A stretch of 64,000 bases of DNA from Candidatus Thorarchaeota archaeon (lineage in GTDB: Archaea; Asgardarchaeota; Thorarchaeia; Thorarchaeales; Thorarchaeaceae): positions 1-64,000 of the forward strand of contig SDNP01000015.1 in NCBI GenBank assembly GCA_004524445.1. Reading direction: 5' to 3'. Under the pieces are notes generated by a model. The model had not been told where the DNA came from, made no database searches, and saw only the letters and a program-made list of their open reading frames with translations. A program made the position numbers and the translations under genes. The stretch's first letter is position 1, and each line of letters starts with the position of its first letter. Positions 37,471 to 47,362 of this stretch are shown here, piece after piece.

Positions 37471-39519
37471 GTGAAAAAACTGAGCGATTATCCGAGCGAA
37501 GAACCTGTTCTAGTGACTTGTGGCCTACCCTATGCTAGTGGAGAAATGCACATCGGTCATTTGAGAACCTACGTACCAGCAGATGTGTTTGTCAGGCTCC
37601 TAAAAAAGATGCAAACTGAAGTGCGGTTTGTTTGCGGTTCAGACACACACGGAACTCCAGTTCTCACGAAGGCTGAAAAAGAAGGCATCAGCCCCAAGGA
37701 ATTGTATCAGAAATATCATCAACACTATTTGGAAACCTTTCCGAAACTGCACATAAATTTCGACAACTATGGTACCACTGATGACCCGGAGAATATTCAC
37801 CGGACGCTGCAGATCGTTGAAAAAATCCAAGAGAAGGGATATATCTATCCCCAGAAATTAGAGAGCCCCTATTGCCCCAATTGTGGCCGTTCATTGCCCG
37901 ACCGTTTCGTCAGAGGAGAGTGCCCGTATTGCCATGCGGATGCACGTGGTGATGAATGCGACCAAGGATGTGGCAGATACCTTGAGCCTGGTGAGATTCT
38001 GAACCCCAGATGCGCAATATGTGGTTCTCCAACAAAGAAAGTTGAGAGAACTCATTACTACTTCGAATTGACAGCATTTGAGGACTTCCTTAGAGAATTC
38101 TTAGAGAACGTTGAAGGAACGAAGAATGCCAAGAACTATGCGCTAGGCTGGGTGAATGAGGGGCTAAGGGACTGGTGCATCACTAGAGACCTAGACTGGG
38201 GCATACCATTCCCTGGAGATGAGTCTCTGACATTGTATGTTTGGGTCGACGCACCAATCCACTATATGTCAAGCACAGAGCAGTGGGCCAAGAAGATTGG
38301 AGAACCTGATAAGTGGGAAGAATTCTGGCTCCCCGGTAATGCAAAACTTGTCCACTATATTGGGCAGGACATTGTCTACCATCACTGTATATTTTGGCCG
38401 TCCATGCTGAAAGCAAGTGAATACAATTTACCCTTCGCCATAGTTGCCTCGGGAATGGTCAAAATAGAGGGGCATAATTTTAGCAGAAGTCGCGGCTATG
38501 TGGTTTGGATTCAGGAAGACTATCTAGACAAGGGGCTCGATCCAGATTACCTGCGATATTATATGGTAGCAGCAACTTCGCAGACCAAGGATCTTGATTT
38601 CAGCTGGGAAACCTTCAGAGACAAGGTCAATAATGAGCTTGTGGCAACCTTTGGCAATTTCATCTATCGGGCACTTCACTTCACGAACAGCAATTTCGGA
38701 GAGGTTCCAGAGGGGGTTCTTGATGATGCACTCAGAATCCAAATCGAGCAATCTGTTGATGCGATACGGGATGCGGTGAATCAGTATGAACTGAAGAAAG
38801 TATCAGATGAAATATTGCGATTGGCCGCTGTTGGAAATGAATACTTCCAGGCAAACAAACCATGGGAACTAGTCAGGAATGAGAAGGAAAAGGCGGCGGA
38901 TATACTCTATAACGCGGTTGCCTTGGTTAAAGCGCTTGCAATAGCAATTGAGCCCATAATGCCCAGGACAGCAGAGGTGATCTGGGAACAATTGGGATAT
39001 CAGGGCGATGAGATCCACCAAATTCCCCTTGATGATGCACTCACGCCACCAAAGGTTGGAACCAAGCTTCCGAAACCGAAACCAGTAATATCAAAGGTCG
39101 AGGACGATCTTCTCGAAGAACTTGAGAATTCATTTCAGAACAGAATTAAGAAAGCCAAACAGGCAGAGAGTGGAGAACCCATGATAAAAGACACAATTGA
39201 ATTTGATGATTTCAAGAAACTTGACTTCCGAGCTGGAAAGATACTGAAATGTGAACGCGTCCCAGACACTGATAAACTTCTGGAGATGGAAGTTGATATT
39301 GGCATTGAGAAAAGAAAAATCGTCACGGGGCTTGCGGACCAGTATGACCCTGATGATCTCGAAGGAATAACAGCTCTATTCTTGGTGAATCTGGAACCTA
39401 AGAAGATCGCAGGCATTGAGAGTAATGGCATGATTATCGCCGTCGAGAATAAGGATGAACCAGGTCAATGGGTGCCTGTCAAGCTTGAGGGTGTACCGCC
39501 TGGTAGCAAAGCAGCATAG
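37471..39519 (+). CDS. metG: Methionine--tRNA ligase with C-terminal tRNA-binding domain
   Basis: LPYASGEMHIGH, Zn knuckles, LYVWVDAPI, FSRSRG (KMSKS variant), C-terminal OB domain. Confidence 0.97.
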   Translation: MKKLSDYPSEEPVLVTCGLPYASGEMHIGHLRTYVPADVFVRLLKKMQTEVRFVCGSDTHGTPVLTKAEKEGISPKELYQKYHQHYLETFPKLHINFDNYGTTDDPENIHRTLQIVEKIQEKGYIYPQKLESPYCPNCGRSLPDRFVRGECPYCHADARGDECDQGCGRYLEPGEILNPRCAICGSPTKKVERTHYYFELTAFEDFLREFLENVEGTKNAKNYALGWVNEGLRDWCITRDLDWGIPFPGDESLTLYVWVDAPIHYMSSTEQWAKKIGEPDKWEEFWLPGNAKLVHYIGQDIVYHHCIFWPSMLKASEYNLPFAIVASGMVKIEGHNFSRSRGYVVWIQEDYLDKGLDPDYLRYYMVAATSQTKDLDFSWETFRDKVNNELVATFGNFIYRALHFTNSNFGEVPEGVLDDALRIQIEQSVDAIRDAVNQYELKKVSDEILRLAAVGNEYFQANKPWELVRNEKEKAADILYNAVALVKALAIAIEPIMPRTAEVIWEQLGYQGDEIHQIPLDDALTPPKVGTKLPKPKPVISKVEDDLLEELENSFQNRIKKAKQAESGEPMIKDTIEFDDFKKLDFRAGKILKCERVPDTDKLLEMEVDIGIEKRKIVTGLADQYDPDDLEGITALFLVNLEPKKIAGIESNGMIIAVENKDEPGQWVPVKLEGVPPGSKAA

Positions 39520-39527
39520 AATATAAC

Positions 39528-39571
39528 AAAGATCTGGTATGAGTTTCGCCAGATCTTTTCCATCCTTTTTT
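39528..39571 (+). terminator. Hairpin plus T-tract after metG
   Basis: AAAGATCTGG-N11-CCAGATCTTT 10-bp stem followed by TCCATCCTTTTTT. Confidence 0.6.
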
Positions 39572-39662
39572 CTAGATTAGCTAGGAGAGGAAAATTCTTC
39601 TTTCTGCCTTTGAATGTTTTGACATAGCAGCTATATTCTAAGCAGTGCGAGGATGCGTTGAT

Positions 39663-40232
39663 ATGGGCTCTCAAAACCAAATCTTTCTACGTCATGCTGA
39701 AACACAAATCGATTCCAACATACCAGTATCGCAGTGGGCATTGACTGAGTCGGGAAGATATAGAGCGAGGAAACTATCTGCATCAGAAGATTTTCCACAA
39801 TACAGAGAGGTCTATTCATCCAAGGAGCCCAAGGCTATAGCAACCGCACAACCGTTTGCTGACAGAATCCATGTTGAGCTTAGGACTCTGAGAGGGCTGG
39901 GCGAACTTGACAGGGCTGCCACATACACACAAAGTACAGTTCAGTACAATCTAATGGTGAGGGCAGCCCTGACTGATAGAGGGAGGTCTATCATGGCCTG
40001 GGAAACCGCAGAAGATGCCCTCATGAGATTTTCAAATGCAGTTGATGACATAATTTCTGACCCTGAGGCAAATGATGTACTCATTGTTTCACACGGAATC
40101 GTGCTGACATTATATTTTGCGAAACTTGTGGGCAAACTCGACAATGCATTTGAGAGATGGAGAGAGTTGCATTTTCTTGACTGGGGAATCACTTCCAACG
40201 GGAAAGTTGTCAAAGATATTGTCCAAGATTAG
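39663..40232 (+). CDS. Histidine phosphatase (phosphoglycerate mutase-like) family
   Basis: FLRHAET, YSSKEPKAIATA, LIVSHG. Confidence 0.85.
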   Translation: MGSQNQIFLRHAETQIDSNIPVSQWALTESGRYRARKLSASEDFPQYREVYSSKEPKAIATAQPFADRIHVELRTLRGLGELDRAATYTQSTVQYNLMVRAALTDRGRSIMAWETAEDALMRFSNAVDDIISDPEANDVLIVSHGIVLTLYFAKLVGKLDNAFERWRELHFLDWGITSNGKVVKDIVQD

Positions 40233-40330
40233 ATATCATAGACTCTCGTTTGTGCTTAGGCATGAGCTTGAACAACGTGAAAGCAATAACCCATTCATAG
40301 ACCAAAAGGAGGCCATGGGAGAATGTCAGG

Positions 40331-41236
40331 CTATGGAGTTGCTGCCTTCAACCTGCTTAACTTCTCATCATAATTGGTTCCCAACAGTTCCTCGGTAGTT
40401 CTCCAAAGACGCTCTTGAAGCTCTTCATTTTTGACCTCGTCTGGCAAATCCTTCCGTTCTCTGTCAGCAAAGAACTCTCCCGATAGTCCTTTGACCTCAG
40501 AGGATGCAGCAACATAAATGGGTGTTTCAGCACCCTCTTCTGGAGATTTTTGGAATGGGCGTGAAATCTTAAGAAGAATACGCATGCCCAGGCCGGTATT
40601 TTTTTCTCCGAAATTGGTATTCACAAAGCCAGGATGTGCTGCATTTGCGGTCACGCCAGTTCCTTGAAGTTTCCTAGCAAGCCAATTCGTATGCATGGTT
40701 AGCATCAGTTTGGATGTTCCATACGCCTTCATTGTTCCGTAGTCCTTCTCATAGTTGATATTCTCAATATCAATTCTCCCGAGTGATTGAGCTCCTGAGG
40801 ATACATTGACTATTCTGGCAGGAGAGCTTTGTATTAACAAATCGAGCAATTCATGTGTAAGCAAGAATGGAGCTAAGTAGTTCAATGCAGTAGTCCTTTC
40901 ATAGCCTTCAGATGTTAGTTTTCGTTCGCCAAATACTGCACCCGCGTTGTTAACCAAGATATCCAGCCGATCGAATTTTGATATGAATTCATGAGCAACG
41001 CTTCTTACTTCTCCCATCACCGATAGGTCAGCAATAAGCATGTGAATATCTTGATTTCCGGATTGCTCGATTATTTCTTGCATGGCATCTGTACTACGCT
41101 CAGCACTTCGAACAACCATAACTACTCTAGCACCTCTTCTTGCCAATTCCTTCGCGGTTTCTTTACCAATTCCTGAATTACTGCCTGTGACAACGACTGT
41201 CTTACCTTTCATTTGCTGAGATTCCATTGGCATCAT
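40331..41236 (-). CDS. SDR family oxidoreductase (retinol dehydrogenase-like)
   Basis: TGSNSGIG, LVNNAG, NVSS, YGTSK (YxxxK), HPGFVNT. Confidence 0.92.
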   Translation of the reverse strand: MMPMESQQMKGKTVVVTGSNSGIGKETAKELARRGARVVMVVRSAERSTDAMQEIIEQSGNQDIHMLIADLSVMGEVRSVAHEFISKFDRLDILVNNAGAVFGERKLTSEGYERTTALNYLAPFLLTHELLDLLIQSSPARIVNVSSGAQSLGRIDIENINYEKDYGTMKAYGTSKLMLTMHTNWLARKLQGTGVTANAAHPGFVNTNFGEKNTGLGMRILLKISRPFQKSPEEGAETPIYVAASSEVKGLSGEFFADRERKDLPDEVKNEELQERLWRTTEELLGTNYDEKLSRLKAATP

Positions 41237-41336
41237 CCCTGTTGTTATTTAACAATAGTTAATGTGTCCCTATATGAGGGTTTTGAAACCGATGCTTTAT
41301 TTTCTGTGCAAGCGTATTCGATATGGAGTGAAATCG

Positions 41337-41975
41337 TTGAAATACAAGAATCGGCAGCACGCAGGCGAGGTTCTGGCTCGAAAACTTTCAGATATAGACT
41401 TCGAAACCCAGCCAGTTGTCCTAGCAATACCCAATGGTGGCATTCCAGTTGGTGTCGAGATTGCAAAGAGGATCAATGCTGATTTTGACGCAATAATCGT
41501 ACGCAAAATGCAGATACCCGGAAATCCAGAAGCGGGATTTGGGTCCATCACGTCGTATGGATCGGTAGAGTTCAATGAAGCCTTGCTTAGGCGTTTGAAC
41601 TTAGGGCAAGACCAAATAGAGGCTGTAATTGAAAGTACACGCAGTCAAATTGAGTCCCGAAAGGAGGAATACGAGGGGCTTGTGGGGGTTATCAAACCAG
41701 AGGGGCGAGACACTATCATTGTGGATGATGGAATAGCATCCGGCTATACCATGTTGGCTGCGATACACTCCATTCAGCCAATAGCTCCAAGAAGTCTAAT
41801 TGTGGCGGCACCTACGGCATCAGCCAGAGCAGCCAGTCTAGTTAGAGAAAAGGCGGATGAATTGGTATGCCCCAATATTGAATCAGGTTTTGTTTTTGCA
41901 GTGGCAAACGCTTACGAGAAATGGTATGATGTGCCGGATAGTGAAGCCAAGACGTTGTTGAAAGAGTTCAGGTGA
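41337..41975 (+). CDS. Type I phosphoribosyltransferase family protein
   Basis: YKNRQHAG, LAIPNGGIPVG, IIVDDGIASGYT PRPP-binding loop. Start reassigned to TTG 41337. Confidence 0.85.
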   Translation: MKYKNRQHAGEVLARKLSDIDFETQPVVLAIPNGGIPVGVEIAKRINADFDAIIVRKMQIPGNPEAGFGSITSYGSVEFNEALLRRLNLGQDQIEAVIESTRSQIESRKEEYEGLVGVIKPEGRDTIIVDDGIASGYTMLAAIHSIQPIAPRSLIVAAPTASARAASLVREKADELVCPNIESGFVFAVANAYEKWYDVPDSEAKTLLKEFR

Positions 41976-42027
41976 GTATGAAAAACTGTCCGTACACTGA
42001 AATAGTAGATATGTTATTGAAACCACC

Positions 42028-43236
42028 ATGCCCCTGACCATTGTTCCAGTATTCTCATCCCTGACCGCATTGAATATCAAAAACCGACGACTGAATGACA
42101 TCACAGAAACAGGTGCCAAAATCCAAGAGGTGCACGAGCACCGCCCCCTAACTGACCGGCGAGCACCGATACATATTTTCGTAGGTTCAGGGGGCACTGA
42201 AAACGCCATAGCAGAATACGTATTGGAACAACAAGGCGTTTCTTCCGTGGTACTCATTGCACATGATTCCAATAATTCCTTACCAGCGGCATTGGAAACG
42301 AAAACTTGGCTGCAGAAGAAAAGCATCGACTGCAAACTTGTTTGTGATTCCTACGAAGGAATTCTCAAGAAACTTGAGAAATGGAATGAGTTCTCGAAAG
42401 TTTTGGATTCAATTGAAAAAATGAAAATAGGCCAACTTGGGGCTCCCTCGGATTGGCTGATTGGGTCAGAAGTCAATCGGGACTTGGTGAAGCAACATTG
42501 GGGGATAGAGATAGTGCTCGAAGCTCTAGATGATATATTATCAGAAATCGAGCCATTGGAAAGTGAGCGGCAAATGGAAGAATTCATGGAGAAAGCGAAG
42601 CGAACAAGTGTATCCAAGGCTAGTATTGCCAAAGCGGCCAATTTGGCGGCTAAAATGGAACAAGCTGTATTATCAAAATATGATGCAGTCACGATTCGTT
42701 GCTTCGATATTGTGATGGAATCGGGCATAACCGGATGCTACGCGGTTTCATTGCTAAATGATCAGGGTATTACTGCGGGCTGTGAAGGGGATATTCCATC
42801 TCTGTTCAGTATGCTTCTAGTTCGTGAGATAATCGATCAGGCCTCATTTATGGGAAATGTTGTCAGTATTAACGAGAACGAAAATACTATTGGACTTGCA
42901 CATTGTACCGTGCCTCTATCTTTGACATCTGAGTACGAGATATCAGATCACTATGAAACTGGGAAGAGCGTTTCTATAAGAGGGGGTTTCAAAGAGCAAG
43001 AAGTCACGGTTTTCAAAGTGGCTGGAGAATCTCTAAAGAAATACTGGGTTTCGAGTGGTGAGATAGTTGGTACGCCTAGAAACGAAGAGGCATGTAGGAC
43101 ACAGGTGAAAATACGTCTAAATAAGCCCATCGACTACTTCATGGAACGTCCCCTTGGCAATCATCATATTATGACTTTGGGCAATCACGAAGATTTGCTA
43201 AGTTCATTCATGTCTTTCGCCACTCGTGGATATTGA
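42028..43236 (+). CDS. L-fucose/L-arabinose isomerase-like protein
   Basis: AVTIRCF, AGCEGD, LAHCTVP, CRTQV, PLGNHHIM. Confidence 0.8.
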   Translation: MPLTIVPVFSSLTALNIKNRRLNDITETGAKIQEVHEHRPLTDRRAPIHIFVGSGGTENAIAEYVLEQQGVSSVVLIAHDSNNSLPAALETKTWLQKKSIDCKLVCDSYEGILKKLEKWNEFSKVLDSIEKMKIGQLGAPSDWLIGSEVNRDLVKQHWGIEIVLEALDDILSEIEPLESERQMEEFMEKAKRTSVSKASIAKAANLAAKMEQAVLSKYDAVTIRCFDIVMESGITGCYAVSLLNDQGITAGCEGDIPSLFSMLLVREIIDQASFMGNVVSINENENTIGLAHCTVPLSLTSEYEISDHYETGKSVSIRGGFKEQEVTVFKVAGESLKKYWVSSGEIVGTPRNEEACRTQVKIRLNKPIDYFMERPLGNHHIMTLGNHEDLLSSFMSFATRGY

Positions 43237-43253
43237 TTTGCTCCTATCACAGC

Positions 43254-43706
43254 CTATGTGGTTATTGACAATTCCTTCGGAAGCTCATCATCACGGAGTG
43301 GTAGGACTTGCAACTGCTTCATGATGCTCTCGTATTTTTCCATGAGCCCATTTCCAAGGGGTCCAACAGTCTTGCCTTCGAAAGCACGATCTAACATTGA
43401 GCTTAATTCCTCAAGCTCCGAAAGACCAAATTCTGCATCTATAACGTTGTGTTCGGACAATATCTTCAAGTGTTCTTTTTCATCGCCATTATCATCAAGA
43501 GGAGGGAGTCCATGAACCCTTCTCAATGTGTCCGAAACAAAGAACCGAAGTAGTGCAGACACTAGTGCATCATAAAATGCAGCAATGGCGTCAGCATTCT
43601 CACCCCTTTCTTGTCGAATACGCGCACCACGAACATGGAGTTTGGCTCTCAACAGGAGCTCTTCCTCTTCCGAGATGTTTGGTGGGATAAGACCAGCATG
43701 AGGCAT
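43254..43706 (-). CDS. Hypothetical helical protein (possibly HEPN-like)
   Basis: LLRAKLHVRGAR...DAIAAFYDALVSAL helical-bundle pattern; no RxxxxH motif. Confidence 0.6.
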   Translation of the reverse strand: MPHAGLIPPNISEEEELLLRAKLHVRGARIRQERGENADAIAAFYDALVSALLRFFVSDTLRRVHGLPPLDDNGDEKEHLKILSEHNVIDAEFGLSELEELSSMLDRAFEGKTVGPLGNGLMEKYESIMKQLQVLPLRDDELPKELSITT

Positions 43707-43900
43707 TGATATCGCTTAGACATTGATTCGACACGCCTAAAATGTACCGCTATTTGCAATGAAATTCCACCAACCTTCTTTTTCCGAATCTGTATGTATG
43801 CTTACAAATAGTCTGCTTGATTCAGTCTATGCCGACATCTTCATGTATAAAATGCTTTAATGCTGTCAGGATAGACAGATTAGAAAGGAGAATTCAATGA

Positions 43901-45874
43901 ATGTCTTACGCGTGGGAACCACCAATAAGCCGCCAACAGTCGAATTCATCATCGGGATTGAAATTGATTGCAGTGATTGTCATCTTGCTTGTTATCATAG
44001 CTGGCGGCATCATCGTCATTTTCAACATGAATCCTTTCGGAACTTCCACTGAAACTGCCGATGTCAGGGTTGCAGTTGTTGACTCAGGAGTGAATGCGGA
44101 TTTTACAACGCAAAATCGAATAGTATCTGCAAAGTCATTCATATCACCACTCTATGGCTATGATGAAACAGACACATCTACTTCGGATTCAAATCCTTCG
44201 CAAGGAGGGCAATCAGTTCCACATGGAACAATTGTTGCATCAACGGTTATTGAAAACAGCCCTAATGCAGTTATTGTCAACGCAAAGGTGGTTGCTTCAG
44301 ACGGAACAGCCACTTCACTTGCACTGATTGCGGCTATATATTGGGCTGTTGAAGAAAACTGTTCAGTAATCAATCTTAGCATTGGATCTACTCCTTCGTA
44401 CGGTGACCCTATGAAAGAAGCGGTGGACTATGCTTTCTCGAAGGGAGTACTCGTTGTTGCATCTGCAGGAAATGAGAATTCAGCAGGTGTTGCTGGAACA
44501 AGCATCTCGTCGCCCAGTGTTTTTCCCAATGCGATTGCCGTAGCGGCATTAGACCAGAATGGCTATCCAGCTGATTATTCCAGTCGCGGGCCCACCGCTC
44601 AAAGATACATGAAGCCTGATATAGCCGCGGCCGGCTACGCAGAAACATCTAGTGCCACGTATTTTGGAACGAGCTTCGCAGCTCCGCGCGTAGCGGCAGC
44701 ATGTGCAGAACTTATCTCTTATTCAGAGGCAAACGACCTTCTGTACACACCAGGATCTATAATGGCAGCACTGTTCCAGGGAGCAGAACCTTATGACGCG
44801 CCTAGTTTTGTGGTCGGCTCGGGAATTTTGGATCTTGACGGTGCCAAGAGCATAATAGATTCAGCAACTAGAATATCAGATTTACCACAGATTACTCATA
44901 TCCACCCAGAAACCCTTCCTCTCTCTTTTGAGCAGTTGTTTCGCGGCGATTCCTACGAGTTCAATCTGTTGGTCTATAATTCAGATTCCATGGAATATGA
45001 AATAACTGTCAATAGCGATAATGAGTCAATCTTCTCGCTAGATCCCATAGTCAGAATAAATCAAAGCGGAATAGTTCGTTTTGCAATGGAAGTTCCCCTT
45101 GATAGTACGGAGATAACAGCCACAGTAGAGCTTGATTCTGATGTTTCAAGTGCATCTCTTGATATTCACATTTCACCAGATGAACCCGATGCGAGAATCG
45201 CCTTCGACATCAGCCACACTACTTGGGAAATGGATACGGTATACGGACAATTCAAGGAACTATACATTGAATTGACCTCCAATCAGATATCTGTGACTGA
45301 AATCCGCAACAGTAGTCTGAACACATATGACTATTTGAGCGAATTTGATGCAGTCTTTCTTCTCGACCCCTGTGTGTGGGATGTGAATTACACAAATCCA
45401 TCAAATCCGAGTATTTTCTCGCTTCCATATTCTGCTCAAGAGATTGAAGCCTACGAACAATACTACAGAGATGGAGGCGGTGTATTTGTTACAGGGTTTT
45501 CCAATGAAAGCACTGACGTAGATTCCCTCAATGCCTTCCTATCATGGTCAGGCTTCTCAATTGGTTACGAAACAGTCGTCGGAGGCGGCGATCCCGCCAT
45601 CATAACTAACACAAATTCGCATCCAGTAACTTCAGGAGTTGCTTCATTCGCCTATTCAGGCGCTGCTGTGCAATTCAATTCCAGCGCACAATCACTTGCT
45701 GACTACGGAGTTCACTCGCTTATTGGTGCCATGGAAACAACTGGAGGAGGAAGGATAATCGTTACAGGAACCAACTACTTCATAGACAATTGGGCATTGA
45801 CCGGAAACTACGGTTCGTCCTCAGACGATACTTTATCACTCAAAATTGCTCTCTGGTTAAGTGGCATCTTGTAG
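43901..45874 (+). CDS. Membrane-anchored S8 subtilase with C-terminal GATase-like domain (Site-1-protease-like domain order)
   Basis: Triad VAVVDSG / PHGTIVA / GTSFAAP, oxyanion SAGNE, SSRGP, KPDIAA; N-terminal TM; C-terminal IAFDISH...GGGVFV...GGRIIV. Confidence 0.9.
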   Translation: MSYAWEPPISRQQSNSSSGLKLIAVIVILLVIIAGGIIVIFNMNPFGTSTETADVRVAVVDSGVNADFTTQNRIVSAKSFISPLYGYDETDTSTSDSNPSQGGQSVPHGTIVASTVIENSPNAVIVNAKVVASDGTATSLALIAAIYWAVEENCSVINLSIGSTPSYGDPMKEAVDYAFSKGVLVVASAGNENSAGVAGTSISSPSVFPNAIAVAALDQNGYPADYSSRGPTAQRYMKPDIAAAGYAETSSATYFGTSFAAPRVAAACAELISYSEANDLLYTPGSIMAALFQGAEPYDAPSFVVGSGILDLDGAKSIIDSATRISDLPQITHIHPETLPLSFEQLFRGDSYEFNLLVYNSDSMEYEITVNSDNESIFSLDPIVRINQSGIVRFAMEVPLDSTEITATVELDSDVSSASLDIHISPDEPDARIAFDISHTTWEMDTVYGQFKELYIELTSNQISVTEIRNSSLNTYDYLSEFDAVFLLDPCVWDVNYTNPSNPSIFSLPYSAQEIEAYEQYYRDGGGVFVTGFSNESTDVDSLNAFLSWSGFSIGYETVVGGGDPAIITNTNSHPVTSGVASFAYSGAAVQFNSSAQSLADYGVHSLIGAMETTGGGRIIVTGTNYFIDNWALTGNYGSSSDDTLSLKIALWLSGIL

Positions 45875-45954
45875 TATCTTGCTCGAAGTGTGTCCAAGTA
45901 CACCTTGATTGCTTAGTATCGGAGGTTTAAAAGGGGGGATTTACATACCTTTCA

Positions 45955-46035
45955 TACCAAAAAACCGAGTCGAAGTCGGATGTGCTGATGGCAGGATGTA
46001 TTTCCAGTCATCAGCTTTCCGCACTGTTTTCTTTT
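45955..46035 (+). ncRNA. Candidate structured small RNA or leader upstream of the MFS transporter
   Basis: TATA-like TTTAAAAG 45926-33, long hairpin 45974-46025, then T-tract GTTTTCTTTT. Confidence 0.35.
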
Positions 46036-46103
46036 GTTGATTTCAATTTGTTCACAACATAGCATTTAACATTTAGAGCCATGCTTCCCAAAATACGACC
46101 AAA

Positions 46104-47327
46104 ATGGGAGCTCACAACCAGTTGACCAAGATTACCAAGGCATCATATGCCATCCTTGTAGCTCTGTTTATAGCCCATTTTTTGAATCACGTCTACACTG
46201 GAGTATTATCACCCTTTCTCCCCCTAATCAGGGATGAATTATCGCTTTCACTAACACAAGCAGGGATACTAACATCTGCTGTAATCGTCACAATGACTTC
46301 TTTTCATCTTCTGGTGGGATATCTAGCAGATAGGAATCTAAGAGAAATCATGATATCGATAAGTGTCATTGGAGCGGGCATATCAGTTCTTCTCATGTCC
46401 TTCGCTCCGTCATTTCTATTTCTTGCCCTCATTCAGGTAGTTCTTGGCGTAACCGTTTCCGGTTATCATCCTTCATCATTTCCTGCAGTTGCGGATGCAT
46501 TTCCAAAGAAGGCACGAGCCAAGGCAGTGGGAGTATCAGCCATGGGAGGGTTGGTTGGCATGGCGTTAATACCAATTCTGGGAGCTTTTCTGCTTATAGT
46601 ATATTCTGATTGGAGAGTGTCCTTAGTGGTGTTGGGCTTACTCGGAGTAGTTCTATTTGTTCCCGTGACTTTGTTACTCCGGTATTCGAAAACCAATCAA
46701 ACGCCAATCGAAAATAATGAGAACGAAACAGAGGGCCCACAGGAGTGGACAAAAAACTTCGGGCTGGTGGTGATCTTATCTGGACTCAGAGGCATCCCTT
46801 TTCGCTGTACCACTCTTCTGATGCCACTATACCTTGCTGTCAGTTATGGATACGAGCCAGTTTGGGCAGGCTCCTTAACCACAGTGATGCTAGTTTCTGG
46901 CATGTTTGCAGAGATAATTGCAGCCCCGATATCAGATAGAACAGGAAAGCGTGTTCGGTTCATGACATTGTCTATTGGATTATTAGCTCCATTATTGTTG
47001 CTTCTCAACTTCCGCCTGAATCCAGTACTATTGGTACTTGTCTTGATTGGTATCGGTTTCTTCTACTTCTTTGGAGTTCCTCCTGGACAAGCATACCAAA
47101 CAGAGGTCTGTCCTACTCAAACGAAAGGATTAGCTTTTGGAGTGCTATTTTCGATAGGAGCCATTCCCGGAGCGATTGCACCGGTCATTTTCGGTGTAAT
47201 CGGAGACATATATGGGCTAGACGCATCTATTCTCTTCCTAGTAGGGACGACTATTATAGCCACAATAGTGTCTCTCTTCTTGAAAGAAGACCACGCAATA
47301 CATGTGAGACCAAGAATTGCGGAGTGA
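46104..47327 (+). CDS. MFS transporter (Fsr-like)
   Basis: About 12 TM helices; AHFLNH, GYLADR, SGYHP, APISDRTG, FGVIGD. Confidence 0.9.
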   Translation: MGAHNQLTKITKASYAILVALFIAHFLNHVYTGVLSPFLPLIRDELSLSLTQAGILTSAVIVTMTSFHLLVGYLADRNLREIMISISVIGAGISVLLMSFAPSFLFLALIQVVLGVTVSGYHPSSFPAVADAFPKKARAKAVGVSAMGGLVGMALIPILGAFLLIVYSDWRVSLVVLGLLGVVLFVPVTLLLRYSKTNQTPIENNENETEGPQEWTKNFGLVVILSGLRGIPFRCTTLLMPLYLAVSYGYEPVWAGSLTTVMLVSGMFAEIIAAPISDRTGKRVRFMTLSIGLLAPLLLLLNFRLNPVLLVLVLIGIGFFYFFGVPPGQAYQTEVCPTQTKGLAFGVLFSIGAIPGAIAPVIFGVIGDIYGLDASILFLVGTTIIATIVSLFLKEDHAIHVRPRIAE

Positions 47328-47362
47328 AAGGGGAATGTCAGCTGAAGTGAACAGCATCCTGA

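Noticed and set aside
43254-43706. HEPN toxin or defence gene
   Set aside because: No RxxxxH RNase motif and no adjacent nucleotidyltransferase antitoxin.
45984-46020. Minus-strand CTGATGA...GAAA resembling a hammerhead core, C box or SECIS
   Set aside because: Only 3 nt separate CUGAUGA and GAAA (no stem II), the motif is fully paired in the hairpin, and there is no D box.
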